Source: Treponemataceae bacterium
GTDB lineage: Bacteria > Spirochaetota > Spirochaetia > Treponematales > Rectinemataceae
Assembly (NCBI GenBank): GCA_963667725.2
Contig: CAXXHO010000003.1
Location: 160,001 to 224,000, forward strand
Reading direction: 5' to 3'
DNA: 64,000 nt
The translations under genes and the position numbers were made by a program. Under the pieces are notes generated by a model, which was not told where the DNA came from, did no database searches, and worked only from the letters and a program-made list of their open reading frames with translations. Shown here one piece after another: positions 58,176 through 64,000 of the stretch (its first letter is position 1; the number at the start of each line of letters is the position of its first letter).

Positions 58176-59390
58176 TTATCGAAGCGCGTTGAGAGCGGCG
58201 GCCAGTTTGGCGACGCCGCGTTCGCATTCCTCGGTGGAGCAGGAATAGGCGATCCGCAGATACCCTTCGCCGGCGTCGCCGAAGACGCTTCCGGCTACCG
58301 TAGCGATTCCATAGTCGTTGATGAGATAGTCAGCCATCTCGGCCGAGCTCTTGCCGAAGGACTTGATGTTGGGGAAAAGGTAGAAGGCGCCGAGCGGCTC
58401 CACGACGCTCACGCCCTGGATGGCCCGCAGCCCCTTGAGCATGATGGCGCGGCGTTTGGCGAATTCCCCGACCATTTCGTCGACGCAGGTCTGATCGGCG
58501 GTGAGCGCGAGCGCGGCTCCGTGCTGTATGAAGGTGTTCACGCAGACGGTGGTGTACTGCCGAACTTTCAGGATGGCGCGGGTGAGGGGCTCCGAAGCCA
58601 CCGTCCAGCCCAGCCTCCATCCATCCATGGAGTAGGTCTTGGAGAAGCCGTTGATAATGATAGTCCGCTCTGCCATGCCGGGAATCGAATAGATGCTCGG
58701 CGCGACTGACCCTTCGCCGTAATAGATGCGCGAGTAAATTTCGTCGGAAAGGACGAGGAGGTTGTGGCGGATCGCGATCTTCGCTAGGGCGAGGAGGCTT
58801 TCCTTGCTTTGGATGCAGCCGGTGGGATTGCCCGGCGAGGTGATGCAGAGCATTTTCGTTTTGCTCGTGATCTTGCTTTCCACTTCGGCGGGATCCATCG
58901 CGAAGCCGTTGGCCTCGGTGGCCGTGACTTCCACGGGTACTCCCCCGGCGAGGGAGACGCAGGACTTGTAGTGATGCCAGTTGGGATTGGCGATGATGAC
59001 TTCGTCGCCGGGATTGATGAAGGCGAGCATGGAAACGAGGATGCCTTCGTTCGCGCCGGCCATGACGATAGCCTGCTTTTCGCCGTCCACGGGTACCCCG
59101 TTGTCGAGGGCGGTGCGGGCGCCGATGGCGCGCCGCAGGGCGGGAATGCCGAGATTCGGCGCGTAATGCACCTCGCCGCGCTGGAGGGCGTCGGCGGCCG
59201 CCCGCTTGATGTGGGCCGGCGTGTCGAAATCGGGGCGTCCTATCTGCCAGTGGATCACGTCGCGGCCTGCCGCTTCGAGTTCCTTGACCTTGTCGAACAC
59301 CTTTCTGATGCCGGAGAAGGGTACGATCTTGAGCCTGTCGGACATCATGCCCTCAGGATTGAATTTTACGGTGTCGATGCTGGATTCCAT
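58176..59390 (-). CDS. Class I/II PLP-dependent aminotransferase
   Basis: Motifs GRPDF.TP, SPGNPTG, SDEIY and GFSKTYSMDGWRLG. Confidence 0.92.
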   Translation of the reverse strand: MESSIDTVKFNPEGMMSDRLKIVPFSGIRKVFDKVKELEAAGRDVIHWQIGRPDFDTPAHIKRAAADALQRGEVHYAPNLGIPALRRAIGARTALDNGVPVDGEKQAIVMAGANEGILVSMLAFINPGDEVIIANPNWHHYKSCVSLAGGVPVEVTATEANGFAMDPAEVESKITSKTKMLCITSPGNPTGCIQSKESLLALAKIAIRHNLLVLSDEIYSRIYYGEGSVAPSIYSIPGMAERTIIINGFSKTYSMDGWRLGWTVASEPLTRAILKVRQYTTVCVNTFIQHGAALALTADQTCVDEMVGEFAKRRAIMLKGLRAIQGVSVVEPLGAFYLFPNIKSFGKSSAEMADYLINDYGIATVAGSVFGDAGEGYLRIAYSCSTEECERGVAKLAAALNALR

Positions 59391-59401
59391 GGAGATCCTC
59401 C

Positions 59402-61024
59402 TTATTTATGCTTGCGAAGAATGAGTTTTTCGTATTCCGACGGATCGATATGAGCCTCGACGATGACCGGCCCTTCGGTGGCGAAGGCTTTGTCCAGCGC
59501 CGCCTTGTACTGGGCGGCGTCGTCGGCGCGGATGACGGGAACGCCGAAAACGTAGTTCGAGGTCGGGCATTCGTCTTCGTAGAGCACCGTCGAATTGGCG
59601 GGGAAGCCTTTGTGGCTTTGCTTGAGCCTTATGAGTTCGAGGTTCTGGTCGGCGAGGACGATGAATACTATGGAAAGTTTCCGTCTTCGCGCGACGGCCA
59701 TCTCTCCGGCCATCATGAGGAAGCTGCCGTCGCCCGTGACGCAGGCGACCTTCTTGTCAGGGCGGCAGAGCTTGGCGGCGATGGCGGCGGGGACGCTGAA
59801 GCCCATCGAGGAGCAGCCGTTCGTCATGAGCTGGAGGCCGGGCGCCGGAGTGCGCCACATCTGTCCGATGAGGTGGGTGTGGGCGCCTACGTCGCAGGCC
59901 ATGATGCCGTCCTGCGGCAGGGTTTCCCGCAGTATGGCCAGGGCCGCGCGCGGGCCGAAACTGCCGGGAGGAGGCGTCAGGTCTTCGAACATCTTCCGCC
60001 TGCGTTCGGCGAGGGCTTTTTTATCCCAGGCCGAATCGAGGGCGGGGAGGGCGAGGAGGCGGCTCAGCGAGGCCGGGATATTGCCGACGATATCGTGGAC
60101 TTCGCGATAGACGCTTCGGTCGATGTCGGCTTCCACGGTGTCCAGGTGAAGGAGGGGAACAGCGGGCATCCAGTCCTCGAAATTGAATTCCACGGGATCG
60201 TAGCCGACGGCCACGACGAGATCGGCGTCGCGGTGGGTTTCAGCGACCCTGTCGCTGAGGGCGTGGAAGAGGACTCCCGCATACCAGGGATGGTCTTCCG
60301 AAATGATGCCTTTGGCCATCGGGGTGAGGATGACGGGAACGCCGTGTTTCTCCGCCAGCCGTATGATGAGGCTGCCGGCCTTGCTTCGGACGGCCGACAG
60401 ACCGACCGCCAGGACGGGGCGGCGCGACCGGGCGAAAACCTCTTCCATCGATGTAAGCGTGGCTTCGTCGGCGGCCTGGGGCTGGGCGGGCACGGTCAAC
60501 GCCCTTGTTTCCAGGTTCTGAGAAACGGCTTTGCGTGAACCCAGGTCCTCCGGCAAACCGATATGCACAGGTCCGGGGACTTCGGCCGTGGCTATCCTGA
60601 GGGCCTGGTCGATAATCTGATCGACTCTCTCGGCGGTGAGCCTGGTGGTCCATTTCGTGAGCGGGCGGAAGAGCGCCTGCTGGTCGATGGCCATCTGAAC
60701 CGTGCGTCCGATCATCTTTTCGGGCGGTTCGCTCGAAAGCGCGATCATGGGCGATCGATCCAGCAGCGCGTTGACGACCCCCGTGCTGAGATTGGTGGCG
60801 CCCGGCCCGACGGTTCCGTAACAGACCGCCGGAACGCCGGTGAGTCTCGCGCAGACATCGGCCATGAATCCGCCTGAGGCTTCATTGCTGACGAGAACGA
60901 AGTCCAGGCCTTCTTTTCTCATCGCTTCCATATAGTAGAGCCATGAGCCGCTTGGTACTCCGAATACGAAACGAATACCCTTCTCACGGAAACGCTTGAC
61001 CAACTGTTCGGCAACTGTCCCCAT
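59402..61024 (-). CDS. Thiamine pyrophosphate-dependent enzyme (acetolactate synthase/decarboxylase-like)
   Basis: Motifs FVFGVP, NEASGGFMA, GPGATN, DVGAH and GDGSF. Confidence 0.88.
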   Translation of the reverse strand: MGTVAEQLVKRFREKGIRFVFGVPSGSWLYYMEAMRKEGLDFVLVSNEASGGFMADVCARLTGVPAVCYGTVGPGATNLSTGVVNALLDRSPMIALSSEPPEKMIGRTVQMAIDQQALFRPLTKWTTRLTAERVDQIIDQALRIATAEVPGPVHIGLPEDLGSRKAVSQNLETRALTVPAQPQAADEATLTSMEEVFARSRRPVLAVGLSAVRSKAGSLIIRLAEKHGVPVILTPMAKGIISEDHPWYAGVLFHALSDRVAETHRDADLVVAVGYDPVEFNFEDWMPAVPLLHLDTVEADIDRSVYREVHDIVGNIPASLSRLLALPALDSAWDKKALAERRRKMFEDLTPPPGSFGPRAALAILRETLPQDGIMACDVGAHTHLIGQMWRTPAPGLQLMTNGCSSMGFSVPAAIAAKLCRPDKKVACVTGDGSFLMMAGEMAVARRRKLSIVFIVLADQNLELIRLKQSHKGFPANSTVLYEDECPTSNYVFGVPVIRADDAAQYKAALDKAFATEGPVIVEAHIDPSEYEKLILRKHK

Positions 61025-61300
61025 AATATTCCCCTATTTTATGCAGTTCGAAGGATGGTTTCCGCTAGCTCTACAATTATGCAATGATAAAGTAAAGTAG
61101 GTGTATACTAAAATATATCACACATCCTATATCATATATCTTATCATGACACTCTCGAATAGACAAGATATAATTGAAGAAGTTCGTAAAATCAATACTT
61201 TTAATATCATTCTGTACAGCTTATTGAATCGATGATATATTATATCGGAATGGAGATTTCATTCGGTACTTAACGCTGAAAAGAAAGGCCTGGTGTCCAA

Positions 61301-61966
61301 ATGACGAGAAAAATCGTGACGCTTTCCATGCGCGACCAGATTTACGACGCGCTGCGGGATTCCATTCTCAAGAATGCCTATGCTCCCAATTCGGTGCTGC
61401 CGATCGACAGGTTGGCTGAAGATTTTGGCGTCAGCGCCACCCCGGTGAGGGAAGCGCTCGTTCGACTGGAAGCCGAAAATCTCGTCACCCTCATTCCGAA
61501 CAAGGGAGCTATAGTCACCGATATCCAGGCCGACGATATTCTCAACAACTGGGAGATGAGGCAGCTCCTCGAACCTTACGCGGCGGGGAAGAGCGCCAGC
61601 CTGATCCCCGACAGCGAGGTGGAGGCGATACGCGGCGAGATTCTCAGCATCAAGCAGTCTCCCTTCAATAATGACCGTTATGTGGCTTCGGACACTAAAA
61701 TGCACGAGATTCTCTATACCCATCTGCCGAACGCATTTCTCAAGGATACGATCAGGCGAGTGCATCAGATGTCGATAAGGATTCGCTATTTTCCCGAGGA
61801 TTCACCGGCCATGCATGAGCAGATCGTCAACGAGGTTCTTCAGGAGCATCTTTCCATCATTGAGGCCCTCAAGACCCGAGACCCGGCCAAGGTGTCCGAA
61901 AGCGTGCAGACGCACCTCCGCAATGGCGAAAAGCGCGCCATGGCCGCGCTTCTGCGGAAGCGTTGA
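61301..61966 (+). CDS. GntR family regulator (FCD domain)
   Basis: HTH motif LAEDFGVSATPVREAL; FCD-like D.KMHE and EHLSIIEAL. Confidence 0.92.
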   Translation: MTRKIVTLSMRDQIYDALRDSILKNAYAPNSVLPIDRLAEDFGVSATPVREALVRLEAENLVTLIPNKGAIVTDIQADDILNNWEMRQLLEPYAAGKSASLIPDSEVEAIRGEILSIKQSPFNNDRYVASDTKMHEILYTHLPNAFLKDTIRRVHQMSIRIRYFPEDSPAMHEQIVNEVLQEHLSIIEALKTRDPAKVSESVQTHLRNGEKRAMAALLRKR

Positions 61967-62249
61967 TGTTTTTGGGCTGCCTTGACGCAGCCCGTTTGCC
62001 GCCATTCTCTTCCATATACATGTTCATCGTCTCGGAACCTTAATCCATCGAGTAACTCTGCCCCGGTACATTTTTAGCGCGCTACAATCTTCTTTTTTGT
62101 GACTTGCGTGATAGATGAACTCATGATATTATTTATGATATAGGATATAGGATATTATATCTTTAAAATATGTGAGAGAAAAGTCAAGGCAAGCTATGGG
62201 CATCTGTTCATAGCCCTTGAACCCTAAAACATAGTAAGCGAGGTGTGGT

Positions 62250-64000
62250 GTGAAAAAGGAAAATGCGGCGACGATGCCTCAAGGCGCGGCGCCGGCCGAT
62301 GTCGACAAGATAATGCAGAAGGCTGAAGTAGAATCGAGGTACAGAAGAAACTTCCTTCCTGCGTGGAAGATTGTCGTCACTGTCATCTCTATTCTTTTCA
62401 TCTCCTATCATCTTTATACGGCGCGTTTCGGAATGCCCGAAACGATCAAGCACAGAGCGATCCATGTAGGTTTCATTCTCCTGCTCGTGTGGCTCTATTT
62501 CCCCGCGACGACAAAATCGCCGAAAGACAGGCCGAGTTTTGTCGACCTGGGCTTAGTTTTTCTGTCTTTAGCGGTGATTATCTACACCATTCTGGCGCGA
62601 GACGCTTTCCTCATAAGGGCAGGCGTCGCGACATTGGATAATTACATAGCGGGCGGAATCCTGATCCTGCTGATACTGGAAGCTTGCAGACGATCCGTCG
62701 GCTGGCAGCTTCTGGCCCTTGGCCTCATTTTCCTCCTGTATGCCTATGCGGGAAAGTACATCCCCGGCGTTTTTTCGCACAGAGGGTATACGATCCAGCG
62801 AATCATCTATCAGATGTATCTCACGACGCAGGGTATTTTTGGCATACCGATCGAAGTATCCTCTACCTTCCTCATCATCTTCGTTATCCTGGCCGCGACG
62901 CTTGAGAGAAGCGGTTTAGGTAAACTTTTCAACGATGTCGCTCTCGGACTCGGCGGCAAGATGGTCGGTGGACCAGCCAAAGTCGCTGTCGTGGCCTCGG
63001 CCCTCATCGGGACAATTTCCGGCAGCGCTGCTTCGAATGTCGCTACGACGGGCGCCTTCACCATTCCTCTTATGAAGAAGGTGGGCTATAAACCGCATTT
63101 CGCGGGCGCTGTTGAGGCCGCCGCCTCGACTGGCGGCCAAATCATGCCGCCGATCATGGGATCGGCCGCCTTCATCATGGCCGAATTCCTCGGGATGAAG
63201 TACATCGATGTTGCAGCTGCGGCCATAATCCCTTCGCTTCTCTACTTTGCCAGCGTCTTCTTCCAGATAGACCTCAGGGCGAGATCCATGGGACTCAGGG
63301 GCCTGGATAAAAGCGAACTGCCCGATGTCAAAGCAACGGTATTCCGCTATGGCCACATGATTTTCCCGATCATCGTCCTCGTCTACTTTATGACGAGCGG
63401 AAAGACTCCCTTATTCGCCGCTTTCTACACCGTACTCTTCACCGTCATACTTTCTTGGGTCCGCAAGGAGACCAGGATCGATCTCAAGGCAGCGAAGGAC
63501 ATCGCGGTGGCGGCTTCGCGCAGCTCCTTAAGCATCGGTGTAGCGATGGCCAACGCAGGATTCATCATCGCCGTGCTGGCGATGACCGGAATCGGGGCCA
63601 TTCTCGCCGACAATATCGTGCTCCTCTCTCAGGGAAGGATGATCATAGCGCTCGTCCTCTGCATGGTTGTCTGCATCATCCTCGGAATGGGCCTCCCCAC
63701 AAGCGCCTGCTACGTTATCGCGGCATCGATCGCCGTCCCCATACTCACCAAAATGGGCGTCGCTCCCTTCCAGGCTCATTTCTTCATCTTCTACTATGCC
63801 TGCCTCTCCACGATCACGCCCCCCGTCGCCCTTGCCGCCTATGTCGGCGCCGGCCTCGCCGGAGCCAAATCGAGCCAGGTTGGCTGGACTGCCTTCAAGC
63901 TGGCCCTCGCAGGCTTTATCGTTCCTTTCTTCTTCATCTATTCCCCAGCCATGCTCCTGATCGCCGATTCGGCCACGCAGATTATCTTTGCGGCCATAAC
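62250..64000 (+). CDS. Fused TRAP transporter permease (4TM/12TM, TAXI-type), truncated by the window end and absent from the ORF track
   Basis: I translated it from GTG 62250 (GAGGTG SD). It contains GGPAKVAVVAS, ISGSAASNVATTG, EAAASTGGQIMPPIMGSAAF, ILGMGLPT and TPPVALAAY, with no stop before the window end. Confidence 0.92.
   Translation, partial: MKKENAATMPQGAAPADVDKIMQKAEVESRYRRNFLPAWKIVVTVISILFISYHLYTARFGMPETIKHRAIHVGFILLLVWLYFPATTKSPKDRPSFVDLGLVFLSLAVIIYTILARDAFLIRAGVATLDNYIAGGILILLILEACRRSVGWQLLALGLIFLLYAYAGKYIPGVFSHRGYTIQRIIYQMYLTTQGIFGIPIEVSSTFLIIFVILAATLERSGLGKLFNDVALGLGGKMVGGPAKVAVVASALIGTISGSAASNVATTGAFTIPLMKKVGYKPHFAGAVEAAASTGGQIMPPIMGSAAFIMAEFLGMKYIDVAAAAIIPSLLYFASVFFQIDLRARSMGLRGLDKSELPDVKATVFRYGHMIFPIIVLVYFMTSGKTPLFAAFYTVLFTVILSWVRKETRIDLKAAKDIAVAASRSSLSIGVAMANAGFIIAVLAMTGIGAILADNIVLLSQGRMIIALVLCMVVCIILGMGLPTSACYVIAASIAVPILTKMGVAPFQAHFFIFYYACLSTITPPVALAAYVGAGLAGAKSSQVGWTAFKLALAGFIVPFFFIYSPAMLLIADSATQIIFAAI

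Overview
This is a GC-rich bacterial chromosomal segment, most likely from a free-living anaerobic spirochaete. That call is an inference from the class II-type PurE, the plastid/Chlamydia-type acyltransferase and the MMPL/LolA-like/barrel cassette. I found no CRISPR array, integrase or transposase. In order it carries: (1) a de novo purine operon, purB(partial)-purL-purQ-purC-purE-purF-purD/purM fusion-purN-purH-guaB; (2) an ExbB/ExbD/TonB-like trio; (3) a signalling module of a REC-HD-GYP regulator, an ICMT-like membrane methyltransferase and a divergent 1064-aa multi-TM/GAF/PAS histidine kinase with a C-terminal GNAT domain resembling N-acyl amino acid synthases; (4) an RpiR-controlled sugar-acid uptake and catabolism cluster with gnd; (5) a TetR-MMPL-LolA-like-outer-membrane protein cassette; (6) trpB2, and a pirin gene coupled to a 50-aa upstream ORF; (7) hslO-ttcA-thpR; (8) a sigma54-driven membrane polyferredoxin pair; (9) udk, a nitroreductase, ispH and carbamate kinase; (10) yajC-secDF and tRNA-Cys; (11) a kinase-less CHASE-REC protein, a rhomboid, an acyltransferase and a GAF-HD-GYP protein; (12) a GntR-linked TPP enzyme/aminotransferase/asd operon, plus a fused TRAP permease that runs off the window end. 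The best novel-system candidate is the kinase-acyl-synthase fusion module at 16476-21412. Several genes also look leaderless. All product calls come from motifs I recognised by eye; no database searches were run.
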